Source: Octopus bimaculoides (taxonomy: Eukaryota). From it: DNA of 64,000 nt. The notes below the pieces were generated by a model. It worked only from the letters and a program-made list of their open reading frames with translations. It was not told the origin of the DNA and searched no databases. Made by a program: the position numbers and the translations under genes. The stretch lies in NCBI RefSeq assembly GCF_001194135.2, contig NC_068994.1:48054256-48118255 (forward strand). The letters run 5' to 3'. Position 1 is the stretch's first letter. The number at the start of each line of letters is the position of its first letter. Of the stretch, positions 47,891 through 60,500 are shown one piece after another.

Positions 47891-50213
47891 GCCAGGGTCG
47901 ATAAATTAAGTACCAGTTGCTTACGAGGGTCGATCTAATCGACTGGTCCCGTCCTCCAAAATTTCGGAATTTGTGCCTAGACTACAAAAAAAAAAAATTG
48001 ATTCAATCACTATTTGTATCCTGCTTGTATTTCAATGTATCCTGCTTGAAAATTTATTGCACAACTGTTAAATAATTTCAACCTGTGCCTGATCTCTGTG
48101 TACTTCCATGCAATGAATGTCACATTTGCTTTTTAAAGTGTAATTTATCCTGCTTGTATCTTTCAATGTATATTGCATTAAAATTGATGTAATCTTTATC
48201 CGCTTTTGTTTTTCCTTTTGTTTACATTGGGTGCATGCCCCGTTATGGGTTATGTTAGGATTAGAGCTATGGTTTAGAATTAGCATCAGATAGCATGCTA
48301 AAGTTTAAATGGCCACATATACTCTATGCTAAAGTGGCACTAAAGATTTATTGAAACAGTTTACGTATCAGAAATTAAGTCATGAAAGTGTTAGCAGTGT
48401 CAACACACTTCACATTTCTATATTTCTGCAGGCAATGAAATAAAATACTAGATAAGGAGTAGGTCAATATAGCCGACAAATTATGTCCTCCTATGAAATT
48501 TTTGGCTTTGTACCTTTGTTAGAAATTCTTGTTAGTACTATTATATAGTGTGAGGAAGAGAAAAAATGATGTTCAGAGAACATCTGCAGGCTTTCCTAGA
48601 CTGTTAATATGAATGTAGATGATGTCTTTTTTTCAACTTTTGTAAATTGTCTGATGAGAAGGTGATTCCTTGCGGAGGTTGCCATTCTGGAGAGAAATGA
48701 TTGGATAAAATATTTAGTATAAGGTTTGAGCTGTGAGACATGTTAAAGATGATGATGTGGGCTCAGTTTGATATAGTATACAGCTTATTAATTCACAAGA
48801 ATAGTAGCAGGTGTTTGGGGTTTGTTTTGTCTCTGTTTTATTTGAACAATTTGACTGGATACAGGGGTCTGTATCCTTGGCTTTTGCATTCCTTCTGAGA
48901 CGAACGGCAAGAGCTGTGCCTTCAAAACTGATAAGATTGACGTAGTTGATCTTGAATGATATGTGGATGGCTGCAGAAGAAAAAAACATGGGCATAGGAA
49001 TTTCATAAGGCTGACAATCTGGTAAGAAAGAAATTAATGCTTGGTTTGCAGGTGAATTACAACCTACGTGAGCTTCGAACCTTTCATCGCCAGATGCTGT
49101 AACATGGTTTGTATCCAATATAGTAGTACTAGCACTATTGGGATAATGGCCTAAAATATGCAGTACCAGTGCGATAAAATAAGATAATGCAGCAGCAATA
49201 AGAATGTAACTATCTCTCAAACACCAACAATATTCCAAATGAACAAACCAACCCACTCTCTCCAACTTCACTATGAAATAACACAAACTATATACACTCT
49301 CTCGGTTCAGTCCATTCCTCACAAGAGGCTACCTTGACTCTCATCACAACACTGAGAGTGTAAGAGGTGACTTGTGGTTACTAACTTTATTCTTAAGCTT
49401 CTCTTACTGCTGGAAACCACTTCTGCCTGGTACTGGCATTTATGTGAACAATGTAGACAATAGACAAGTATCAATTACCATAATACATGAATACTTTATT
49501 TATTAAAATTATCTTCAATTGTGAAGCACATGAAGAAGAGAAAGTAGATGAAGGAGAAGAAGAGGAAGATGAAGAAGAAGAGAAGGAGGAGAAGGTGATG
49601 ACCAGTAAATGGTGAAGAAGAAGAAGAAGAATAGGAAGAGGGGTGAAGATGAAAAGGGAAACAAATCCCTAGAACTTTACTGGTATTTAAATAACTGACA
49701 CCAGTGCTTGACTGGTATCTGTTTTATGTCATTTGGTCTTAGTTCAACAAAGGAATGTAACTAAAAAAAATTCTACCAGGCATTTTGTATGGCATTCTAA
49801 TAATTTTGCCAATCCATTACCTGAAGAAATATAAAATATAAAAAAGAAAACAAATATCTCCAACAAAGTATGAATAATAATAAGAATGAAAAAGAACAAT
49901 AAAAAAATTAATTGCATTTATTGCATATAATTTGTAGACATATTTATTTAAAATTTACATGGGGATGGGGAGGGGGATGAAGAAGTGAGACCAAAAATAA
50001 AGGAAAGACAAACAGCATTGTAAGTCTGTAAATATACATCTGCAGTCCACATTATGTTGAAATAATGAGAGAAATTAACGAGAAATAAATAATTTAATTT
50101 CAATAAGAACTGGTTGGAAAGATGTTGGCTGTTAATAGTTCCCCACCTAATTACAAACAATGGGAATAGCAGGTGTGTTTAGGCTTGCTGAGTAAAGAGT
50201 AAGAGAGAGGGCA

Positions 50214-50309
50214 TCAAGATATCATTGGATATTGGTAAAGAAGGTTCTCCTGTTGAATTGGTGCCAAATTAGTTCCACTTTTGCGTACATCACATGTGAT
50301 TGAGCGGAC
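50214..50309 (-). CDS. ARMH3: ARMH3 terminal exon
   Basis: [31 protein letters not shown]. Confidence 0.9.
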   Translation of the reverse strand, partial: VRSITCDVRKSGTNLAPIQQENLLYQYPMIS

Positions 50310-53300
50310 CTGGAAGGTTTGAGAAAAGAGATTAAGGAAAGTTAGTCTTTGAGTTGTCAATGAGTGCATATGTGTGTGTACTTATAATTGTAGTTAACCC
50401 TTTAGTGTTCACATTATTCTGCCAAAATTGATGCTTTTTTATCCACATTGCTTTGAACTAATCATGTATTATCTTGTAGCTATGAGATTTTGATAAGGTA
50501 GCTGCTAATTTTTAAAACCATATTGTAGGGTTGGTGTGAGAGACCAGATCTGGCCAGTTCTAACATAAAACAGGCAGATTACTTTTGGCCAGTTAGGGTT
50601 AAACTCTCTCCAGATCATCTATCATCAACAGTAGCCAACTCATCACTAGCTTATTTTTTTGTGTGTCAGATATTGTATATTTATGACTATATAATCCACT
50701 GTATCCTTTCTAGGGTTAGATTTGAGGAAGATTTGGCTGCTATTTCTAGCGGATAGGACCACATAGCTTGTTATTTTCCAATCTTTCAACAATGGTAATA
50801 CACTTTCAGTAAAATTGAGACAGCATATTATATATGTTTATTTTTTTTAATTAATTAACCATCATATAACACTAAATCAAATGTACTTGGGCTTGCAAGA
50901 GTAAGTATCACTACCATTACCATCATTAATCACCTTGACACTAATATGTTAACGTCAGTTATTCTATCAGAATATTTAGAAACTGGGTTAAGAAATTGGT
51001 AATGAAATACTCACAAGTTGAGTAAAGAAAGCAGCTTCTCTTGGTTTCTCTGAATATCTGTCAAACTGATCCAAACTATCTTGTAACTTCAGTGTGAGAG
51101 TATCATAATTACTCTGTACCACTTCCAATACCTTCAATAGTTGCAAAATATAAGATAGTGAAAATTATTGGTAAAAGGCCAACCTTTGAATAGATTAAAT
51201 ATAGTATTTTGCTAGTTACTTCATACTTCAATGGTGGGACAAAAAGCGAAGTTGATTGGACTAGGATTTGAATAAAAAGATTGGATAAATGTTCATGGTT
51301 AATAAAATTAGGTGAGTGAGCTGGCAAAAATGTTAGCATGCTGGGTGAAATGCTTAGTGGTACTTCATCTGTCTTTATGTTCTGCGTTCAAATTCTGCCA
51401 AAGTCTACTTTGCCTTTCATCCTTTCAGGGTCAATAAGAGCACCGGAGTTGATGTAATCAACTTCACTACTCCTGGGTAAGAGTAGAAAAACTGCATCCC
51501 TCTGCCAAATCGTGTTGATCTAGTGTGGGCAGAACAGGCTCAACAAACCTGTATGACCTCAAGTCATTCTCTGATGGAGAGAATATGCTGAAGCCTTCAA
51601 CTGACTGGACTGAACATGGGTGATCCAATCCAATAAAATAAGGTGGTTTTAAACTTGCCTGACACAATGGTGAAAATAGAAAAATAATATACATGCAAAC
51701 TTTGTCATTTCCTCATTAAGAAAGAGGAAGAGGAATAAAAAAAAAATTTCATTAATTTTTGGGAGTGGGATTCTGGTATTTGTCAGTTTGAGAGTCCCTA
51801 TTGTAAGGCATTTCCTGACAAAACACCACCATTTTGAGAATCGCTGGTGAGATGAATGTTCTGTATTCTCTTCCAATGGCTGGTCTGTTTCTGTTTGCTT
51901 ATTGTTACTGTTGAGATTTAGTCTCAGATAAGCTTTGATACAGTAAGGTTGTATTCAAAGGATTTCCAGCTGAGACCATCCTTTACTTTTCTTTCAGATG
52001 CAGTATATCTATGACTACATTAACTACAATGGTTGGTAGCTGATAGGACTCAAATAGGATTTTGAGTGGGCCCCCCCCCCCCTAACTGAGCTCTTGTTCA
52101 TCAATGTCCAAATATTCATCAGCTTTTTTCTTAGCAAATAAAAAAATACAACAGTGTTTCTACCTGTTTCTCTGTTAGAGATGATAAATGGTTCTGTGCA
52201 GCCCAAGAATCCACTTTAGGGGAAAAATGGTTAATAATGGCTCTGAAAGACAAAGAAATATAGCAATATTAATACCAGATACACACAAGTGTGTGTGTGT
52301 GCATTTATGTACATATATTTGGTAGAAAATAGAGGATAACTAGAACTCAATACAGGAGTATATGTTTTTATTCTTCAGAAGTTATGTAAGTGACTAAAGA
52401 GCCAAAAGTTGGAAAGAATACTTTTAACAAAAAAAAAAAAAAAAATTAAATGATAACATTCTAGTTGTGGGCGCGGGCCTCCTTAGTCTACTGGCTACCA
52501 ATATTTTTTAGACCCAGTCCGCCATTATATATATACACACACACATACATACATAACAACACATACTATTCCTCATGTAGACATAATGTTTGGGACGTAG
52601 CAAAAATTAAGAATTAAAAATTAAAAATTTACAGAAAGGAAACTATTAGAAGTTGAGGCGTATATGACTTCATAAATAACAGTGTTGCTGGTGTGTAAAT
52701 AAGATAGTTTTTGATTCAGAATTGAAACTGGATCAGAAATCAGAGAGAGAGAGATCTTGTTTAGTGACCATCAGGGAGTTAACATCAGACTACAGCATAT
52801 TCTTTTCAACAAACTCACTTCTTCCAGTTAAGCAATTTTAGGCAGGAATTGAACTCACTTCCTATACATGTAGGTGTATGAAGTTACCTGATATTTCCAA
52901 GGTGGTTCTTCAATTTTGCTGCAGAATCTTTCCATTCCCCTTCATTGGTGGTGTACCTTAAAGCTGGGGAGTGAGAGAGACAAACAGAGAGATTAGCTGG
53001 TCAGATTGTAGTAGTAGTAGTAATAGTAGTAGCAGTGGTAGTGGTAGTGGTGGTAGTGTGCTTCAGACAAGATCATGGAAGAAGTTACTGTTTATGTACA
53101 CACACACAAATGCCTTCACACATACATACTGACATGCACACAGCCACACACACATGCAGACACCTGCACACACATTCAGATGTATGCAAACATAAACACA
53201 TGAGATTTTTTTTTTTTTTCTTGAAACAAACGAACAGATAACCAATGAACCAACCAACCAACCAACCAGCCAACCAACCAACCACAACCAACCAACCAAC

Positions 53301-54473
53301 CAACCAACCAACCAGCCAGCTAACCAACCGACTGATCAATCAATCAGCCAACAGACCAATGGAACAAGTAAACCAACTCACCCATAGAATAAACATTGTC
53401 AAAGACCTGGTGCATTCGAATGATTTCATAATAGAGTTCATCATAACTGGTTGGGTTAGGTAAGAACGTGTCACCATAGGTGATAAATAAGTTGAAGATG
53501 TTGACGACCTGTAAGAAATTACGGCATCAGAACATTATAATACGAAAAACAAGAAAATTTTAAAATGCAATTTTTTTTAATCGTCATACAATGGTGTTAC
53601 ACCAAGTGATGGATTGATTCTACCACATTTTGGTCTTGCATCTAAGCTAATTATTTTAATTAAAGCCAGTGAATGTAAGAATGAATAGAATTACAGAAAA
53701 ATAAAAAGCCTTATGTTATTTAACCCTGTTACATCATGTTCCTGCTATAGTGGGAATAGATTGAACATCATCTCTGCTGGATTCCCAATAAAACGATAAT
53801 GAAGAACACACATAGAAAAGGAAGATGCAACCAATTCTGTTCATTAGTTTGCCTGCAATCATTAATCTTAAGCTGTATATATATATTTTTCTTTTTACTC
53901 AGGAGCCCAGGTGGAGCGTATGCTTATCCATAGGAAATGCTAAACATGAAGTTAACAGCTAAAAACTTATTTTCTTTAAAAGATGACGATGATGGGGAAG
54001 CTTTCATTCATGTCTGTTTGTAACTCAGTAAACTAGAAGAAAAGTATTTCTCCAATGTACCTTCGATGCAACATGAAAGATATTGTGTTTCTTCACCAAA
54101 TAGGACTCATGGCTGAGAACAAACTTGAGCAGGTTCATTAAAGCTGGAAATCAAAAAGAAACTGTAATTAACCAAATGCCAGAGTAGCAGAGGCTACAGT
54201 CATGTGACAGCAGCATGTGAATTTGAATTAATGGTGATATGTGGTGGACAGTAGTGGTAGTTGTAGAGAGTGTGTGCTGTATGTGTGTATGTGCGTCTCT
54301 ATCAGTTTCTATTTATGCATAAGCATACACATATATATTCTCTGAAGAATTTCTGATAGGAAATTTCTTACATGTTTATGCAACATGTAAAACTTTGTCG
54401 TGCCTGTTAGTAAATGAAACATATGTAATAGTGAATAAAAAACACCCCAAAATTTTCCAACATCTCCTTTTGT

Positions 54474-54504
<31 letters not shown>

Positions 54505-57500
54505 CTAATATAGGTTCAAATTTTTTCCAAAAATTTCATCAGTGGCCAGAGATAACACGTTTTTAAAAAATTCCGTTAGCTTGCCTTCCTCATTTTCAGC
54601 ACGACGTGTATTCATAGTGATGTATATTGGATGTGGTGATGGACAATTTAAAGTCTATTCTCAGCATATTGGCAGAGAAATCTTTTTTCTTTTGCCCTTA
54701 TTTATAATTATATATATAAGAATGCATTTATGTGTTTGAGTGCACCAAAAAGTTACTGACACAGAATTGGAATCAACAGTGAGGTGCTTAACCTGTGTTC
54801 TGACCTAATCTGACTTGGTACTGACACCATACTGCACTACATCTAAGATGAAGTTGGTTTTAACTGTGTGAACACTAATAACATTATTCACCAGCCCCAC
54901 ATTTTACAAAAACTACAGAGCCATTGACATTCCATTCCTTACCAGTCCAGAGGTCTTTCCAAGAATACTGTAAGCGCACTCTGCATTTCTTTTGGTAACA
55001 CAGCACTCGATGAATGATTCCCAAACAGCGTCTGGAGAGTGAATAAAATTTAATTAGAGAATTGGTGAAATAACGAGCTTTATTATAATAGAAAAAATAT
55101 AAAATGATTATAATATTCAAACTTTTCTTCTGAAACTTGGTCATTCCCATTAAAGTGATTGGAAAGAGAGAAGGCATATATTCTACAGTACAAACCCAAA
55201 GGAACTAGATAAAAGTTAACTGCATGGAAATCCTATCAATAAAATTTGAAATTGAAATGGATTCTAAACAATTTAAATTGAATGGAATAACAGTCATAGT
55301 TTAGGTATGAGTAAAATAGTATTCTTTATCTGTGTATGTTTAAATATTAGTAGATGTTATAATTATCTAATTAAAATTGCTCCAGACATTATGTAAGGTT
55401 TTAAATATCTAATACTCATAACTGGAGAAGAAGAAAAGGAAAATTGCATGCACCCAGTACACTCTGTAAAGTGATTGGTATTTGGAAGAGCATCCAGTTG
55501 TAGAAACCATGCCAAAATCAGACTATGGAACTGGTACAGCTCCTGGCCTTGACAGCAGGGAAAATGAACGTATAATGATGATGATGATGTACATTGTACT
55601 AACAATATTCTGGGTTATGACAAATTTTGTATGAGAACACAAACCAAAGTGTCATTTTCCTATAGATCAAAACGAAGTGAAACAACACACATGATTTTCT
55701 TTGTAATAACAGAACAGTTGATGAATATCGTTTCATATCCTTGATGAAACTATTTTAATCATATGTAATACATGCCATGCTGTATATTATAGACATGTAC
55801 AAAAATTTCTATGAAATATACCCTTGCCCAAACTACTATCAATTACACACAATTTTCTTTTTCTTCCCTACTGATTAATATAGATGTATGAAACAATTAA
55901 AGTATGGAGCAATTTTAACAACTACTAACATACATTGTGTTCTTCCCCAATCTTCCCTTTGTTCATTTGTGTTACATCTGTTTTTCCATACTTGCAGGGG
56001 CCAGAGGAATATGTTATATGGGGCATTGTTTTACAGCTGGATGCTGTTCTGATGCTAAGCCTTACCTGTTTTTCAAGTGAGGGATAACTTAACTCCACAC
56101 GGCTTTGAAGGTGTGATGTGACAGGCGAAATTGAAAACACCACCCACTGTACTTTTGATTAAGCAGTCACAGACGTAAACAAACACACAGATATGCATGC
56201 AAATACACACACACATAAACACATGCACACACACACACACACACATGCAGCTATTGCAGCTGGCACCTCACATCTAGTTATTCAAAATGATGTGTCCAGT
56301 CTAATAATTGGGAACATGAAATTCGAATCATTAGATGTGAGGTGTCAGCTATAGAACTATAAGCAACTCTTGTCCCTTGATGCTGAACACTGTTTTGAAC
56401 TTCTTGACCCTACCCACACACACACAAACATAAATTGGCAAAGCCTATTCCCTCTTTGCTAGCTCTAAGGAAAGGGATGTAAAACAAGTAACTAAAGCAA
56501 ATAATAAATATCAAAAACAAATACTTACAGATGCAACTCAGAAGGAAAGTTCTTCATTAAATGACTGAGAATGAATTCCACCATCAGATCTGGAAAAAGA
56601 TTTTTAAAGCAAATGACATTGTAATTTAAGACAGTTCTTTATTCAAGATTAAATACAAGGACAATTTTTATGTGTGTGTGTGTGTGAGAGAGAGAGGAGA
56701 GGGAGAGTGAGAGAGAGAGAAAGAGATGAATTATCCACTCTCTCTTGCTTCATCTACTAAAATATTGCCAATATCTTCCTTTCATTGTCCCCCCGCCCCA
56801 AGTGGGGTGAAAAGGAAAACTGACTTTGAGAGGTTTTGAACTCAGGATCAAGAGAACCAAAATCAAATATTGTAAAGTATTTAGTTTAGGACTCTACAAT
56901 AACATGGTCATTTCTTCACTAACCATTTGGCTTAAATAATAAAATTATAATGAAGATGAATCATACATAGGCAAAAGGCTAGCTGCTTGCTCTAGAATAT
57001 TACTGGTACCAGTAGAACTTGAAATCAGATTGAAGAGCGCTGAAACTATATACTGTAATGCATCTAGTCTGATATGGCACAATAGCAAAATCATGTCAAC
57101 ATATTTAATATATGAAAACATTGGTTTCAAATTTTGGCACAAGGCCAGCAAGCTCAGAGGAGGGGGGGTGAGTCAATTACATTGACCCCAATGTTGAACT
57201 GGTACTTATTTCATCAACCCTACTGAAAGGATGAAAAGCAAAGTTGACCTTGGTGGAATCTGAACTCAGAACCTAAAGAAAGATGAAATGTTGCTTAAGA
57301 ATTTGCCTGGTGTGCTAATGGTTCTGACAGTTTGTTGCCTTAATGAACCAAAATATTGATTTTATTTTTTTACATTGGCACAGAGCTCCACATTTATCAG
57401 AGAATGGAGTAGAGTTGAAGATAGTGACATAAGTACATCATTCTTATGATACTGGTACATAAAAGTACTGGGCATGGGTACTTTTATGTGGCACTGGGAA

Positions 57501-60500
57501 GGGTGCTTCAGAGGTTGGGCCTCACAGAGGGGATGACAATGGACCAAGGCTTCTGGTGATTTGCTGTGCTTGAGAAGATATGTCAAGCTAAAACATATCC
57601 GTATGTCCTTTACGGCCATGCCCTCACTCCCTCTCTCAGATGAGATGTCCTTGTCTTGCAGCCTGGCAGGTATTGGTGCCATGTAAAAAGCATCTGTGCC
57701 AGTGAACAGTAGTAACAATAGGTTATGGGGTTGGCATACATACTCAGCACTAAAAATAAAAGAAAACAAAAACAGTAGTAGCAGCAGCTGCAACAGTAAT
57801 ACAAAGCCAATGAGGGAGTTTCTATGTCATTACTTGACATACTAGAAATATCAGCCAAATCACCCTCAAATTACACCCTACCACCTTAAAAGAGAGATCT
57901 GCATCAGGGTTGCATGTAGCTCAATAACACTACCAGAACACATTGTATAAGGTAGTCCTAGGCTCACTATGTCTACTGATGGCTGGATCAAAGCTATCCG
58001 AGATGATAAATCAACTGCAACAACAAAAATATATGAGAACAACTTACCAAGAAGTGCACAGACCAACGGACGACACATAGGAAATTGGTCTACATTAACC
58101 TTCCGATGTCGCATAGGCTACAAGACAATACAGTAGAGGTGTCAGAGTCTTTTTTGAATTAACAATTACAAACAAACCTAACTGGAAAAAAGAAATACAT
58201 AGAAGTAAATAGATAAATAAAACTCACCATTCTGTGCAATGGAACACGAAATGTCATATTATTATCGGTCATTAAAGAATTGGCATACTGATCCTGGAAT
58301 TACAGACAAAACACCAACATTAATGTTAACACCTAAAAGTATTGCATTTACTGTTTTCTAACATCTATTTTATCACACCAACAACAGTAGAATAAGAGAA
58401 ATTGAGAGACTGCAGCTAATTCTTTGCAACTGGATTACCTCCTTTATACTTTTAACCACACAGCTACGAAGTGGGAGTAGTTCCCGTTTTATTGTTAACC
58501 AGAAAATTCCATATCTTTACTTACCTCAGCAATGCAATTGAGTATTATTAAACATAGTTTAGCATTGTTATATCTAGTTTCATCTGAAATAAACAAAAAC
58601 ATAGTGAATCTAAAATATAGTTTACAGTTAACAACAACCACAATTCAGATTTACTTTATAAAAACTAAAAAATACCACAATTGAGTGAATTAAATGTCAC
58701 AGGCGAGTTCAATTTTATAGCATGCATTTTGTGGACAGCAGCATTGTTGCAACATAGGTTGCATCACTGGTGCCTTGCATTACCAATGGTGAGAGTGACA
58801 AGGGAGTGTTTGTACAACTGAGGCAGAATAAATACCACCAAAAGGTATTTTTGTTTGACGTACTGGTTTTACAGACAATTCCTTTGCCAATCTGAATATC
58901 TGTTATACATTCTGCAGAGCTTGTGTCAGCTAAATTTCATGCACAAGACATTGATCAACTGAAGGTTATGGCAGAAGATACTTGCCCAAAGTGCAATGCA
59001 GTGAGATTGAACTCAGAACTCAGAAGCACTGATATAAAAGGTATCAGGGTACCATGGGGTACCAATCTGAGACAACAGTCTGTTGTGATAAAATCTTTAC
59101 CTTTTGTGTCCTGCATAACGATGGAACTGTATTCTAGAAATGTGACCAACAAGTTGGTCGGCTGTTTCGTTGGTTCATCTGGATTTAATGTGGCATCTGA
59201 AACTGGAGAGAGTGACATATGATAAGATTATTTGACGTAATGATAAAGTGAGATGGATGTGGAGATATAAATACTGAGAAGGGAAAACTGACAGAAAGCA
59301 GAGAAGTGGCACACAGGTCAATGAGGTGTGACACTAGACAGGAAAGAGAAGTGGAAGATAAGACAAAGACTTGTGGCACAGAGTGGGGTGACTGGGATAT
59401 GATCCAATGAGGATGCATAGGGTGGGAAAGTAGGCAATGAGATGTAGCTCAGAACAGAGAGGTGGAACATGAAACATGCAGGGCAAGGAGATGGGACAGG
59501 AAAATGGGACAGGAAAATAGGACAGGGGAACAGGGTGCTACAACACTGGACACAAACACACACACACACCCCTGGTGTAATGTTTATTTCAACTTTTTTT
59601 AGAAAGATGTCATAATAGTTTTCAAACCAACTACCACAGTAGCTATTTAGAGCTAGATGGACTCTAGCAAACTGATAACTATTTACAAATAAATTGATTG
59701 TACCACCACATGGTGTATAGTTGAATGAACTGTACCATCTAATGGCACCTATAAAGTGTACCGCTGCAATGGAGTACACATATGTACAGACTTTACTTTC
59801 TCATGTACCTATCTACAGTAAGGCAAACTATTTAACTGTGGATTTATTTACAGCTAAGTGGACTGTACTATCCCATGATCCATATTTCCTGCTGATGGAC
59901 TAGAGCACTTCAGAATTGACTGTCTTAACTAGACATGAGACAGCTTTTAATTGAACACTGGTAAATTTGGTCCAGATGGACTATATGTAATCTGAACCTT
60001 TCCCCCCTTGTTTTATTTTATTTTTTTTACGGAATCCTACGTTTTAGGCTATGGAGATGCCGATTCTGAAATTTTTTTTTCAAAAATCTCAATTTCAAAA
60101 TTTCGNNNNNNNNNNNNNNNNNNNNNNNNNNNNNNNNNNNNNNNNNNNNNNNNNNNNNNNNNNNNNNNNNNNNNNNNNNNNNNNNNNNNNNNNNNNNNNN
60201 NNNNNNNNNNNNNNNNNNNNNNNNNNNNNNNNNNNNNNNNNNNNNNNNNNNNNNNNNNNNNNNNNNNNNNNNNNNNNNNNNNNNNNNNNNNNNNNNNNNN
60301 NNNNNNNNNNNNNNNNNNNNNNNNNNNNNNNNNNNNNNNNNNNNNNNNNNNNNNNNNNNNNNNNNNNNNNNNNNNNNNNNNNNNNAAAAAAATTAATAAA
60401 TAAGGGGGGGAAAGGTTCAGATTACATATAGTCCGTCTCTACCGTAAATTTCGTAGTGCTATCACTGCTTGAAGCAGTAAGCTGTTACTGAGAAGACAAT

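Larger units (their letters stand above)
6534..60385. other. Assembly gaps (N runs)
   Basis: 6534-6786, 7116-7125, 8643-8801, 10247-10481, 11470-11703, 13195-13351, 16371-16541, 28427-28848, 34099-34450, 46615-46963, 60106-60385; mostly flanked by (TA)n/(GA)n tracts or palindromes. Confidence 1.

Noticed and set aside
49530-49650. Poly-Glu-like (GAA)n stretch as a coding exon
   Set aside because: Simple repeat antisense to the ARMH3 3' region, closed by stops, with no splice context
52010-52043. Plus-strand TTLTTMVGS resembling human ARMH3 LTNMVGS (possible inverted missing exon)
   Set aside because: Flanking residues do not match, it ends in a stop, and in the real gene the VG lies in a different exon
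54500-54680. CpG-containing segment reading [20 protein letters not shown] on the minus strand
   Set aside because: No phase-compatible splice sites; more likely a small TE remnant that I cannot classify
6512-60431. ORFs containing X runs, and IYIY/HTHT/CVCV/SLSL ORFs
   Set aside because: Artefacts of N gaps and microsatellites
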